Notes: generated from the sequence alone by a model not told the origin. Shown: positions 1 to 9,320, numbered from the stretch's first letter. The stretch: 39,430 nucleotides of DNA from Acidimicrobiia bacterium (GCA_030598025.1 JAUVQS010000001.1:1-39430); one strand, 5' to 3'. Numbers and translations are program-made.

Positions 1-835
1 CACCGAGGATCGATGTCCCACCGATCACCGCCGCCGCCACCGAGGGGAGAAGAGCGGTATCTGCAAGAGTGACGCTCGCCGTGTTGTTCAGCCCGGAGAT
101 GAGGAACCCGGCGATGCCGGCTAGGACTGCCGAGATCACGTAGAGCGCGGTCAGCACCTGCCAGGATTTGGCCCCCGACAGACGTGATGCAATCGGGTTG
201 TCTCCGATGGCGTAGAGGAGGCGGCCAAAGCCGGTTCGCTTGAGGCCGAGAATGATCAGGGCCGCCAGCGGCACGAACACCAGAAGGTTGATCGGAATGA
301 CGTCGAACAACATGTCGGCACCAACAGTGCGGAACTCATCGGGAACTCCCGAACCCGTCTGCACCATATGAAGCTGCCAGACGTTAGCCAACCCCAGGAC
401 GACCAGGCTCATGGCCAAGGTCATGATCAACGGGTGAACGCGGAAGACACCAACGCCGATCCCCGTGACCACTCCGACGATTGCCGCGACTACAAGCGAA
501 ATCACGACGGCGAATCCCAACCCGTAGTCGCCGACCAGCGTGGCCACGAGGAACCCCGACATCGAGGCCACCGCACCGACCGACAAGTCGATTCCTGCCG
601 TGAGCATCGTTATGGTCTGGCAGCCCGCCAGGATCGCCAGCGGAACTGCGGCGCGGATCATCACTCCGGCCCAGTTGGGGCTGACGATTCCCGGACGGAT
701 CACCTCGCTCAAGACGACGAGAATTGCGAGCAAACCCAGTAGCGGGATGAGCGGCCGCTCTCGAAACAGGGAGCGCACGCCGGTGGTCGTCAGCCACTTG
801 GGGCGCGAACCTGAGGAGTTGGTGACGGCGCTCAC
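1..835 (-). CDS. ABC sugar transporter permease (RbsC/AraH-like); 3' end runs off the window
   Basis: Absent from the ORF track because there is no stop in the window. My own translation of the minus strand from GTG at 833-835 gives VSAVTNSSGSRPKWLTTTGVRSLFRERPLIPLLGLLAILVVLSEV...TMLTAGIDLSVGAVASMSGFLVATLVG..., an unbroken hydrophobic reading frame down to position 1. GTGA start/stop overlap with the upstream permease (stop 832-834). Confidence 0.8.
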   Translation of the reverse strand, partial: MSAVTNSSGSRPKWLTTTGVRSLFRERPLIPLLGLLAILVVLSEVIRPGIVSPNWAGVMIRAAVPLAILAGCQTITMLTAGIDLSVGAVASMSGFLVATLVGDYGLGFAVVISLVVAAIVGVVTGIGVGVFRVHPLIMTLAMSLVVLGLANVWQLHMVQTGSGVPDEFRTVGADMLFDVIPINLLVFVPLAALIILGLKRTGFGRLLYAIGDNPIASRLSGAKSWQVLTALYVISAVLAGIAGFLISGLNNTASVTLADTALLPSVAAAVIGGTSILG

Positions 836-1833
836 CTGTCCCTCCGCAGCTGCATGAGGCTGCCGATCATGACGACTCCGACGAGGATCAGGCCTTGCGC
901 CACCGTCGCCAGGTTGGTGTTGAGGTTCATGAAAGTCATGTCGGTCCGGAGCAGAGAGAGGATCACGACGGCGATGATTGGCCCGAAGATACCGCCGCGG
1001 CCACCGGCCAGGCTCACTCCACCGAGCACAACGGCTGCGACGCTCATCAGCGTGTATGGGCCCGGCACTGGGATTCCGATGCCGGTGCTGGCGGTGAGGC
1101 TCAGACCGGCCAGTGCCGAAAACAGACCGGTCAGCATGTAGGCGAAGATCTTTGTGCGGTTGACTGAAATACCACTTCGATACGCTGCCAGGGGAGCGCT
1201 GCCTATGGCATACAGCGACAGTCCGAGCCTTGATCGTCTAATCGGCAGCCATATCGCTGCCACAACCAGGCCCAGCACGACTGCGGCCTTCGGGATCCAC
1301 GGACCGATGATCGACCCACCGGTGAGGTCACGGAGCCACTCCGCCGAGCCACCCCCGGGCGTCTTGAGGACGAGCAAGGCACAACCAGCCCAGACGAAGA
1401 GCATTGCCAGCGTGACGACGATGTCGGGCACGCGCGTCACGACGATCAAGCTCCCGTTGACGGCACCGAGCAGGAGGCCGAGCAAGAGCACTCCGAACAC
1501 GACCAGGATCGCGAACCCCTCGCTCCGATCCTCCATCAAGGCGGCGGCGACGACGCTGGTCAGGGCCATCATCGAACCGATCGACAGGTCGATGCCCCTG
1601 GCGATAACCGCGAATGCCTGGGCAACTGCGGCCAGTGCGAGCGGCAGCACGGATACAGCCAGCCCCTGAATGCCCCGCGCCCCGTAGGTGGGTTGGATGA
1701 TCTTCGTGAACACCAGCAGAAGGGCCAGGATCCCGATAAGACCGAGAGTCCAGGCGTTGCGGCGCATTGCAGAAACCAGCGCTCCCCGCGGGCGGGAAAT
1801 CATCGTGTCCGGCGCGTCGACGGTCGTGCTCAC
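832..1833 (-). CDS. ABC sugar transporter permease (RbsC-like)
   Basis: 333 aa, multi-TM. Has the GIDLSIGSMMAL and GGRGGIFG motifs typical of ribose/xylose-type permeases. GTGA overlap with the ATPase stop at 1830-1833. Confidence 0.9.
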   Translation of the reverse strand: MSTTVDAPDTMISRPRGALVSAMRRNAWTLGLIGILALLLVFTKIIQPTYGARGIQGLAVSVLPLALAAVAQAFAVIARGIDLSIGSMMALTSVVAAALMEDRSEGFAILVVFGVLLLGLLLGAVNGSLIVVTRVPDIVVTLAMLFVWAGCALLVLKTPGGGSAEWLRDLTGGSIIGPWIPKAAVVLGLVVAAIWLPIRRSRLGLSLYAIGSAPLAAYRSGISVNRTKIFAYMLTGLFSALAGLSLTASTGIGIPVPGPYTLMSVAAVVLGGVSLAGGRGGIFGPIIAVVILSLLRTDMTFMNLNTNLATVAQGLILVGVVMIGSLMQLRRDR

Positions 1834-3416
1834 TGATCGCTCGTTTCGGGCGAGTTCTGTTCGTTGTTCGTCTTTCTGGCACGTTCATCCGTGCCGGCTG
1901 CGTGGACCATCTGTTCGGGTAGCTGCGCCCCTGAAGGAAGATTGTGCGCCGCCCTCAGGAGGGTTGCCTCGTCGGCGTCCGAAGCGTCGATTTCCGCCAC
2001 AACTTTCCCGCCGAAGATGACGATGGCACGGTCGCAGGCAAGCTGGATCTCACTGAGTTCAGAGGTGTAGAGCAGGATCGCAGCCCCGGCCCCGGCCAAC
2101 TCACGCAGGAGCAGATAGATCTGGTGCTTGGTGCGAATGTCGATCCCGCGGGTTGGGTCGAAGCACAGCATCGTCTCGACTCCGTCCGCGACCCAGCGAG
2201 CGATCGTGACCTTCTGCTGGTTGCCTCCAGAGAGAAGGCGGACCTCGCTCAGTGCCCGGGTGTCGATCTGGAGTGTTTCGATCGCTTTGTCGACCTTCGG
2301 TTTCTCCTTCTTGCTGCTGATGAGGCCCCACTGCTGTATCCGGACGCTGAAGGGCAAGGCGATGTTCTCACGCACCGAGCGCTGCATCAGCAAGGCCTCG
2401 GCGCGATCGGCGGCGACGTAGACGATTCCCTCGCGTATCGCATCGGCCGGGTGCCGGAACGCGACTTCCCGGCCGTCCACGAGCACCTCGCCGGCCTCGG
2501 GGCGCTCCGATCCGGCGAGGATGTCGAACAGCTCGTCCTGGCCCTGCCCTTCGAGTGCTACTACGCCGAGGACTTCGCCGGGGCGGAGGTCGAAGGAGAC
2601 GTTGGTCAGACGGGTGGCAGAGCCGAGACCGCGCACTTCCAGGCGAGGCCGCTCCTCTGCCTGCTCCTGGGCCCCGGCTCCCTGGTCGCCCCGGTCGGGC
2701 ATTTGTCCGACCACCTCGCCGAGCATGAGTTCGACGATCCGATCGGCGGAGTCTGCCGTGACGTCGACCACTCCGACGGTCTCGCCTTCCCGCAGAACGG
2801 TGGCGCGGTCGCAGACCGATCCGATCTCGGTCATGCGGTGGGAGATGAAGATGATGCTGCCTTCGCCTCCCCGCCGGCCGTCGACGACCTCGAGGACGCG
2901 TTCGGTGAGGTTGGCGGGCAGCGCGGCGGTCATCTCGTCGAGCATCAGCACGTCCGGCTCGATGGCGAGGGCTCGGGCGAGGTCGATAATCCGAAGCGAG
3001 GCAAGCGGAAGGTTCCGCGCCTCGCTCGAGAGATCGAGGTTCTCCAGGCCGAGCTCGTTGATCCAGTGGCGAAATGGCTCGAGCGGCGTCTGGGTCAGAC
3101 GCAGGTTGGAGCTGATGTCGAGGTCGGGGATCAGCGCCGGCTCCTGGTACACCGAGACCAGCCCGCCACGGCGTGCTTCGGCAGGCGAGTGGGCGGTTCG
3201 CTCTCTGCCGCGCACCGTGATCGTGCCCTCTTCGGGACGAACGACGCCGGTTAGAACCTTCACCAGAGTGCTCTTGCCCGCACCGTTGGCCCCCATGAGC
3301 GCGTGCGCCTCACCCGGGCGTACCCGCAGCGAAGCCGCCTTAAGTGCAACGACGGCACCGTATCGCTTCGAAACGCCGGTCGCTTCGAGCAGGTATTCGG
3401 TGGTAGGAGCAGTCAT
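1830..3416 (-). CDS. Sugar ABC transporter ATP-binding protein with duplicated ATPase domains (RbsA/MglA-like)
   Basis: 528 aa. Walker A GANGAGKST, signature LSGGNQQKV and two NBD halves. Lies in an operon with permeases and an SBP. Confidence 0.92.
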   Translation of the reverse strand: MTAPTTEYLLEATGVSKRYGAVVALKAASLRVRPGEAHALMGANGAGKSTLVKVLTGVVRPEEGTITVRGRERTAHSPAEARRGGLVSVYQEPALIPDLDISSNLRLTQTPLEPFRHWINELGLENLDLSSEARNLPLASLRIIDLARALAIEPDVLMLDEMTAALPANLTERVLEVVDGRRGGEGSIIFISHRMTEIGSVCDRATVLREGETVGVVDVTADSADRIVELMLGEVVGQMPDRGDQGAGAQEQAEERPRLEVRGLGSATRLTNVSFDLRPGEVLGVVALEGQGQDELFDILAGSERPEAGEVLVDGREVAFRHPADAIREGIVYVAADRAEALLMQRSVRENIALPFSVRIQQWGLISSKKEKPKVDKAIETLQIDTRALSEVRLLSGGNQQKVTIARWVADGVETMLCFDPTRGIDIRTKHQIYLLLRELAGAGAAILLYTSELSEIQLACDRAIVIFGGKVVAEIDASDADEATLLRAAHNLPSGAQLPEQMVHAAGTDERARKTNNEQNSPETSDQ

Positions 3417-3437
3417 GCCTGCACGTTCCTAGGGTCG

Positions 3438-3481
3438 AAAAAAAGCTGATGCGCCGGAGATTGAGAATCGTCGGCGCATCA
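3438..3481 (-). terminator. Intrinsic terminator/attenuator between the SBP and ATPase genes
   Basis: Perfect 10-bp stem TGATGCGCCG (3447-3456) / CGGCGCATCA (3472-3481). On the minus strand it is followed by T7 (A-run 3438-3444 on plus). Confidence 0.6.
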
Positions 3482-3503
3482 ACTTCTTATCGACTAGTGA
3501 GTG

Positions 3504-4598
3504 TTATTCGCCGGGTCCCGCGCATGCTACGGCTTGCTCAGGCGTATACGTCGTCCAACCTTCGATCTGAAGGCCGAGCGGCCACAGCGGGTCGAGTCCA
3601 TCGACCTGCCACGACTCGAGAAGCTCGATGCCATCGTCGCTGGTGTTCTCGGCGAGGACCGGCACCAGGAGGACTGTGTTCGGCTGCAGAGCATCGTCGG
3701 CAGTGTCAACATCGTCACCGTTGAGCAACGCTATCGCCAGTCCGACACCGGCACCACCGACGGCCGCGGTGTTGGTCACTGCCGCGCCCTCGAGGCCGGG
3801 GTAGCCCCCTGTGTCGAGGAGTTGCGCAACGAAGGCGCCGAGATCGGCACCGACGATCGGCACGAAGTCCAGATTGGCCTGCTGGATGGCGTCAACGACC
3901 TGGGAGTCCATGCCGGAGGTCCAGATTCCGTCGATGCCGTCGTACTGACCACTGGCGATGAAGTCGTTGATCAGCCCGGTGGTGGTCGCAGGGTCCCAAC
4001 CGGTGTGTACACCCTCGATCGTTGGAACGACCTCGATGTCCGGGTTCTCGTCAAGCGCCTTCAGGAAGCCAGTGTGGCGATCCGTGTCGGCCGGGTGACC
4101 GGCGAAACCGCGCATGTAGTACACGACGCCTTCTCCACCGAGTTGGTCGAACAACCAGGCGGCGCCCAGGTAGGCGTAATCGATCTGATTGTTGTACAGG
4201 TTGTAGGTGTCCTCGTTAGTGACGAACGCGTCGACCGAGATCGTTCGAATACCGGCTTCGTTCGCCTCTTCGAGCGCTGGATTCAGCGCATCGGGGTCGT
4301 TCGGATTGAAGACGATCGCATCGACGTCCGCTGCGATCAGGTCACGGATGTCCGAGAGCTGACCCGCTGCGTCGGTGTTGCGATGGATGGTGGTGAGCTG
4401 GGTGATCTCACCTGAGGCGAGAGCTTCTGCCTTGGCCGTACAGACCTGCTCCTCACGGAAACCGTTTCCGACACCGCCACCGTTCGAGTAGCCGATGTGG
4501 TAGTTCCCGTCAGAGTCCGAGTCTCCTCCGCAGGAGACGGCCAGCATTGCAATGGCCACGATCGTCGCGAACTTCTTAAACCATGCGTTCTTGAGCAT
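3504..4598 (-). CDS. Sugar ABC transporter substrate-binding lipoprotein (periplasmic binding protein type I)
   Basis: Track ORF is 3504..4664. I prefer the ATG at 4598 (MLKNAWFKKFATIVAIAMLAVSCGG: signal peptide plus lipobox Cys), which is preceded by AGGAGG at 4606-4611. Confidence 0.88.
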   Translation of the reverse strand: MLKNAWFKKFATIVAIAMLAVSCGGDSDSDGNYHIGYSNGGGVGNGFREEQVCTAKAEALASGEITQLTTIHRNTDAAGQLSDIRDLIAADVDAIVFNPNDPDALNPALEEANEAGIRTISVDAFVTNEDTYNLYNNQIDYAYLGAAWLFDQLGGEGVVYYMRGFAGHPADTDRHTGFLKALDENPDIEVVPTIEGVHTGWDPATTTGLINDFIASGQYDGIDGIWTSGMDSQVVDAIQQANLDFVPIVGADLGAFVAQLLDTGGYPGLEGAAVTNTAAVGGAGVGLAIALLNGDDVDTADDALQPNTVLLVPVLAENTSDDGIELLESWQVDGLDPLWPLGLQIEGWTTYTPEQAVACAGPGE

Positions 4599-4703
4599 CT
4601 TTGGATTCCTCCTAAGGGTGCAAGGGCCTATCGGAGTGTCGCACACGATATGGTGGATGTCCACTTGGTTTGCCAGGCAGTTCGGACCGATTTCGATGGA
4701 ACG

Positions 4704-4715
4704 GCAAACGTTTGC
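4704..4715. promoter_or_regulatory. Putative LacI/PurR-family operator (perfect palindrome GCAAACGTTTGC)
   Basis: 12-bp perfect palindrome with a central CG, in the 195-bp divergent spacer between the SBP gene and the Gfo/Idh operon. It matches the AAACGTTT core of LacI-family operators. Confidence 0.45.
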
Positions 4716-4793
4716 GCGGTTGGTTGGCTATCTTCGCTAGTGGAGGGGCCCTTGCCTATTCTTCGGGTTCCGGCTCGAGTTGATTGGAGCTTC

Positions 4794-5948
4794 ATGAGGT
4801 TCAGTGAAATCAGGGCAGGCGTCGTTGGAATCGGCTTCATCGGAGTCGCGCATGTCGAAGCTCTTCGCCGCCTCGGCATCGATGTTGCAGGTGTCGTCGG
4901 ATCAAGTCCCGAGCGGGCCTCTGCCAAAGCCGCCGCGGCCAACCTTCCACAGGTCTACGACAGTGTTGAGGCGCTGGTCGCCGACCCGCAGATTGACGTC
5001 ATCCACGTGGCCAGCCCCAATCACGTCCATGCCGAGCAGGTGCGTCTCTGCCTCGAGGCCGGCAAGCACGTCATTTGCGAGAAGCCCCTCGCCCTCAACT
5101 CCGCGGACACTTCCGACCTCGTCGAACGCGCCGCTATGTCGGGACTCGTCAACGCAGTTTGCTTCAACATCCGGTTCTATCCGCTCAACCATCAGATGGC
5201 GGCCATGGTGCGAGAGGGTCAGATCGGCTCACCGACCTATATAACCGGCAGCTACCTGCAGGATTGGCTGCTGCTGGAGACCGATTGGAATTGGCGGCTC
5301 GTTCCTGAAGAGGCCGGCTCGCTCAGAGCCGTCGCCGACATCGGGTCGCACTGGCTCGACCTCGCCCGGTTCATCACGGGGAAACGGGTGACAGAAGTCA
5401 TGGCCGATCTGCACACGTTCGTCCCCGTGCGCCGGCACCCTGTCGGCCCCGTTGAGACGTTCGCCGGGGCTGGGGATGAGGATGAGCTCATCGAAGAGGA
5501 GATGGCGAGTGACGACGGTGCCGGAATTCTGCTTCGCTTCGAAGATGGCACCAGAGGATTGGTGGCGATATCGCAGACCTCCGCCGGACGCAAGAACTCG
5601 GTCTCAATCGAAGTCGACGGATCGGATTCCGCCCTCTCCTGGCATTCGGAGGATCCTGACAAGCTATGGATCGGGCATCGCGGCAGGCCGAACGAGATCC
5701 TGCAACGCGATGCTTCGATCAACCATCCCGACGCCGCCCGGATCACTGGATATCCGGGAGGGCACGTCGAGGGCTACCCGGACACATTCCGGGCGCTCTT
5801 CGGAGAGGTATACAAGGACATTCTCGCAGGAGCACCGTCCGTCAACCCGACCTATCCGACATTCATCGACGGGCACGATGTAATGCTCGTCACAGAGGCT
5901 GTCGCCCGAAGCTCACAAGAGCAGCGCTGGGTGACCGTTGAACGATAA
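4794..5948 (+). CDS. Gfo/Idh/MocA family NAD(P)-dependent sugar oxidoreductase
   Basis: Track ORF is 4497..5948. The internal ATG at 4794 gives MRFSEIRAGVVGIGFIGVAHVEAL (Rossmann GxGxxG at the N-terminus), with GGAG 4 nt upstream. EKP motif (ICEKPLA). Confidence 0.85.
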   Translation: MRFSEIRAGVVGIGFIGVAHVEALRRLGIDVAGVVGSSPERASAKAAAANLPQVYDSVEALVADPQIDVIHVASPNHVHAEQVRLCLEAGKHVICEKPLALNSADTSDLVERAAMSGLVNAVCFNIRFYPLNHQMAAMVREGQIGSPTYITGSYLQDWLLLETDWNWRLVPEEAGSLRAVADIGSHWLDLARFITGKRVTEVMADLHTFVPVRRHPVGPVETFAGAGDEDELIEEEMASDDGAGILLRFEDGTRGLVAISQTSAGRKNSVSIEVDGSDSALSWHSEDPDKLWIGHRGRPNEILQRDASINHPDAARITGYPGGHVEGYPDTFRALFGEVYKDILAGAPSVNPTYPTFIDGHDVMLVTEAVARSSQEQRWVTVER

Positions 5949-5957
5949 GGAGAAAGC

Positions 5958-6872
5958 ATGAAGCTCGGTCTTCTCACCGCTCCATTCCCGGAGTTACCAC
6001 TGGAAGACGTCGCCGAATGGACCGCCGCCAACGGATTCACAACGATCGAGATCGCCTGCTGGCCGGCGACGAGCGGTGACACCCGGCGCTATGCCGGGAC
6101 CAGCCACATCGATGTCGATGGAATCTCAAACGTTCAGGCCTCCGAAATCGTCGATCGTATGGGCGGCAACGGCCTAGAGATCTCCGGGCTCGGATACTAC
6201 CCAAATCCCTTGAATGCCGATTCGGACCACGCTCGGATGGTCATTGATCATCTGAAGAAGGTGATCGTCGCCGCCGGCAAGATGAACGTCGGGATCGTCA
6301 ACACGTTCATCGGTGCCGATCGCGCCTTGACCCAGGACCAGAACTGGGAGAAAGCAACCCGGGTCTGGCCGGAGATCATCTCCTGCGCCCAGGACAACGG
6401 CGTGAAGATCGCCATTGAGAATTGCCCGATGATCTTCTCGAAGGACGAATGGCCGTCCGGTCACAACCTCGCCTACAACCCCAGGATCTGGCGGCGGATG
6501 TTCGAGGAGTTCGGTGAGACGATCGGTCTGAACTTCGATCCGTCGCACCTCGTCTGGCTGATGATCGACATCGAGGATGCGATCATGGAATTCGGCGAGC
6601 GGTTTTATCACTTCCAGGCCAAGGACGTGATGATCGACTACGACGGACTCTACGAGAACGGGTCGCTTTCATCCGGCATGGGATGGCAGATACCCCGGCT
6701 GCCCGGTCTCGGGGATGTCGATTGGGCCCTGGTCTTTCGGTCCCTCTACCGGGTTGGCTACGACGGTCCCATCATCATCGAGCACGAGGACCACGACTTC
6801 GAGGAAACCGACGAGTTGGTGAAGCGGGGATTTCTGATCGCCCGCGACGTCCTTGCCCCCTACGTGCACTGA
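5958..6872 (+). CDS. Sugar phosphate isomerase/epimerase (xylose-isomerase-like TIM barrel)
   Basis: 304 aa. Sequence features typical of the AP-endonuclease-2/xylose-isomerase-like TIM family (IAIENCP, FDPSHL, IIIEHED). Starts 9 nt after the preceding gene. Confidence 0.85.
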   Translation: MKLGLLTAPFPELPLEDVAEWTAANGFTTIEIACWPATSGDTRRYAGTSHIDVDGISNVQASEIVDRMGGNGLEISGLGYYPNPLNADSDHARMVIDHLKKVIVAAGKMNVGIVNTFIGADRALTQDQNWEKATRVWPEIISCAQDNGVKIAIENCPMIFSKDEWPSGHNLAYNPRIWRRMFEEFGETIGLNFDPSHLVWLMIDIEDAIMEFGERFYHFQAKDVMIDYDGLYENGSLSSGMGWQIPRLPGLGDVDWALVFRSLYRVGYDGPIIIEHEDHDFEETDELVKRGFLIARDVLAPYVH

Positions 6873-6896
6873 TTCCGGCAAACGAGCGAGGTGGCG

Positions 6897-8222
6897 ATGG
6901 CCGTCGAGGAATACGGGCGATTTGATGTGGTTGTGGTCGGGTCGGGAGCCTCCGGCGCGTCCGCGGCGATAGCCTCGGCCCGTTCGGGGGCCACCACACT
7001 GCTGATCGAGAAGCTCCCTTTCCTCGGGGGCAACTCAACCGCGGTGCTCGACACCTTCTACGGCTTCTACACGCCGGGTGATCGTGCGCTCAAGATAGTG
7101 GGCGGCATCGGGGACGATGTAGTCGCCGGCTTGAGGAGCATCGGGACCGTCGTGGAGCGACCCAACACATACGGTGCCGGAACCGGCATCACCTACCTGG
7201 CCGAGCATCTCAAGGTGGTGTGGGAGAACCTCGCCCGGGCGTCCGCCGCGACCGTGTTGCTTCATGCGTTCGTGCAGGATGTGGTGGTACGCGACGGTCG
7301 GGTCTCCGGTCTGATCGTTGCGACCAAGGCGGGCCTGCGCTCCATCGAAGCCGGAGTTGTGATCGACGCGTCGGGAGACGCAGACGTCTGTCATCAGGCG
7401 GGCTTCGGATATGAGGCGGCGGGAACCGTCGATCCGGCGCAGACCCTCACGACGACGTTCCGGATGGCCAACGTCGACCATGCGGGGCGCGCCACGATCG
7501 GCAAGGACAGACTGCACGAGTTGATGGCGGAGGCTGCCGAATCGGGCGAGTACGACCTCCCTCGCACGGAAGGGTCCGACCACATCACCCCGATTCCCGG
7601 AGTGATCGCCACGGTCATGACCCGGATCGCTCATGCCGCCGGTGACGGTGAGTCGGAGCGGATGGCTACCGATCCCGACACTCTGACCCGTGCCGAGATG
7701 GAGGGACGCCGCCAAGCAGTCGAATATGCCAGGTTCCTGGTTGATCGGGTGCCCGGATATGCGAAATCCTCATTGGTCGCGTTGTCGAGCCAGATCGGCG
7801 TTCGCGAAACCAGGCGTGTGTACGGGGATTACCGCCTCACGAAGGACGATGTCCTTGCCGCCCGGCAGTTCGACGATCAGATCGGCCTGTGCGGTGCGCC
7901 GATCGAGGATCATCACGGCGGGGCCGGTACCGGTACGACATGGGAGTATCTGCCCGACGGAACCGCGGTCGGGATTCCAATGGGCACCCTCATCGTGCGG
8001 GACGCCACGAACGTTCTGGCAACCGGACGGTGCTTCTCGGCAACGCATGATGCGCAGGCTTCAGTTCGCTCGATGGCTCAGTGCATGGCAATGGGACAGG
8101 CAGCCGGTATTGCCGCGGCCGGCGCCGCCAAGGTCGACGGGATTGTGCGGGAAGTACCGGTCGACGAGATCCAGAGCCTGCTTCGCTCTGCCGGAGCTAT
8201 CCTCGAGGCTCCCGCGCCGTGA
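6897..8222 (+). CDS. FAD-dependent oxidoreductase (FAD_oxidored/GIDA-like fold)
   Basis: N-terminal dinucleotide fold DVVVVGSGASGASAAIASARSG...LLIEK. The track starts at GTG 6891. The ATG at 6897 has the better spaced GAGG. Confidence 0.8.
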   Translation: MAVEEYGRFDVVVVGSGASGASAAIASARSGATTLLIEKLPFLGGNSTAVLDTFYGFYTPGDRALKIVGGIGDDVVAGLRSIGTVVERPNTYGAGTGITYLAEHLKVVWENLARASAATVLLHAFVQDVVVRDGRVSGLIVATKAGLRSIEAGVVIDASGDADVCHQAGFGYEAAGTVDPAQTLTTTFRMANVDHAGRATIGKDRLHELMAEAAESGEYDLPRTEGSDHITPIPGVIATVMTRIAHAAGDGESERMATDPDTLTRAEMEGRRQAVEYARFLVDRVPGYAKSSLVALSSQIGVRETRRVYGDYRLTKDDVLAARQFDDQIGLCGAPIEDHHGGAGTGTTWEYLPDGTAVGIPMGTLIVRDATNVLATGRCFSATHDAQASVRSMAQCMAMGQAAGIAAAGAAKVDGIVREVPVDEIQSLLRSAGAILEAPAP

Positions 8223-9172
8223 CCGCCTCCGTGCGTACGGTGCTAGGCGACATCGCCCAGGTCGATCTCGGGATGACGTACGTCCACGAACACCTGATCA
8301 TCGATTCGCCGCTGGTCATCGACCGGTGGCCCCACATTCATCTGCCGGATGTCGATGCGGCCGTGCGCGAACTAGAACCGTGTGTCGCGGCCGGCGTCGG
8401 GGCGATTGTTGATGCGATGCCGGCCGCCTCCGGCCGGGACCCCGTGCGACTGGCCGAGATCAGCCGGCGTAGTGGTGTCCACGTGATTGCTTGTACCGGA
8501 CTCCACACGTCCAAGTACTACGGAGGCCAGCCATGGACGGTCGACGAGTCACCGGAAGCGCTGGCCGGGCGGTTCATCGCGGACGTCATCGAGGGGATCG
8601 ACCGCTTCGACTACCTGGGCCCGGTTGTCGAGCGAACCCCGCAGCGCGCCGGGATTCTGAAGGTGGCGGTTCTCGAAGATGCACCGACCCGGCGTGACGT
8701 TCGTGTATTCGCAGCGGCCGCCATCACACACGTTGCAACCGGGGTTCCCATACTGACCCACTGCGAGGGGGGCATCGGAGCGATGGCTCAGGTCGAACTG
8801 CTGGAGAGGCTGGGCGTTCCCCTCGAACGGGTGGTGATCTCGCATACCGACAAGGTTTCCGATCGCTCCTACCACCGGGACCTCTTGGAGACCGGTGTCT
8901 ACCTCGAATACGACCAGGCGCTCCGGCAGGGCGGGCGTGCTGCCGAGGGAACGGGTCGCCTCGTGGCGACGATGGTGGAGGAGGGTTTTGTCGACCGGAT
9001 GATGCTCTCCGCGGACGGCGCACGGCGGGACCTGTGGAGCGTGTACGGCGGACTGGGTCTGGCCTGGCTCGCCACCCGATTCGTCGAGATCCTCGGAGGT
9101 CTGGGTGTGGACGATGAGGCGATCCACACGATGTTCGTCAAGAACCCTGCCCGATTCTTGGGTTTCGCCTAA
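8219..9172 (+). CDS. Phosphotriesterase-family (PHP/amidohydrolase) protein, probable sugar-lactone hydrolase
   Basis: Track ORF is 8081..9172. GTG 8219 overlaps the previous stop (GTGA). Metal ligands are present: HEH (YVHEHL), carboxylated-Lys context ILKVAV, THCE, SHTD and SADG. Confidence 0.8.
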   Translation: MTASVRTVLGDIAQVDLGMTYVHEHLIIDSPLVIDRWPHIHLPDVDAAVRELEPCVAAGVGAIVDAMPAASGRDPVRLAEISRRSGVHVIACTGLHTSKYYGGQPWTVDESPEALAGRFIADVIEGIDRFDYLGPVVERTPQRAGILKVAVLEDAPTRRDVRVFAAAAITHVATGVPILTHCEGGIGAMAQVELLERLGVPLERVVISHTDKVSDRSYHRDLLETGVYLEYDQALRQGGRAAEGTGRLVATMVEEGFVDRMMLSADGARRDLWSVYGGLGLAWLATRFVEILGGLGVDDEAIHTMFVKNPARFLGFA

Positions 9173-9187
9173 CCGGGACAGTCTCTC

Positions 9188-9294
9188 CGGAGGGGGCCCC
9201 CTCCGCTCTCGCCTATCGGCGAGACCACCTCCCCCAAACCTCGCTGCGCTCGAAGGGGGAGGAAACATGTTGTTTCTCCCTCCGAAGGGGGGAG
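9188..9294. repeat. Cluster of four GC-rich hairpins built from GGAGGGGG/CCCCCTCC-type arms (probable bidirectional terminator region)
   Basis: H1 is the 18-nt perfect palindrome CGGAGGGGGCCCCCTCCG (9188-9205). H2 has arms 9228-9235/9255-9262. H3 spans 9257-9280 (10 bp, one bulge). H4 spans 9276-9294. H2/H3 and H3/H4 share nucleotides. The cluster lies in a convergent spacer. Confidence 0.5.
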
Positions 9295-9320
9295 ATGTCG
9301 AGTCTTCGCGACAGAGGGGA

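Noticed and set aside
1944-3254. Long ORFs antisense to confidently assigned genes: 1944..3254 +, 20180..21229 +, 22350..23198 -, 26536..27582 -, 29583..30500 -, 32958..34055 +, 34346..35224 +, and many shorter ones.
   Set aside because: Their products are Arg/Pro/Gly/Ser-rich with no motifs. Each lies fully inside a gene with strong family signatures on the other strand. Open antisense frames are the expected artefact of high-GC codon bias.
4497-4793. N-terminal extensions given by the ORF track: 4497 for the Gfo/Idh gene, 8081 for the PTE-like gene, 10172 for the NagB-like gene, 15185 for pepA, 22197 for the ttuC-like gene, 30269 for the MFS gene, 37380 for the CoxL-like gene and 4664 for the SBP gene.
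   Set aside because: The extensions are low-complexity and overlap upstream genes or promoters. Internal starts have SD sequences or 4-nt start/stop overlaps, and they place family N-terminal motifs (Rossmann loop, signal peptide) at the expected distance.
9192-9318. G-quadruplex formed by the G5/G5/G6/G4 runs.
   Set aside because: The runs are separated by 58, 27 and 22 nt, which is too long for a stable intramolecular G4. Each run has a perfectly complementary C-run nearby, so duplex hairpins are the simpler explanation.
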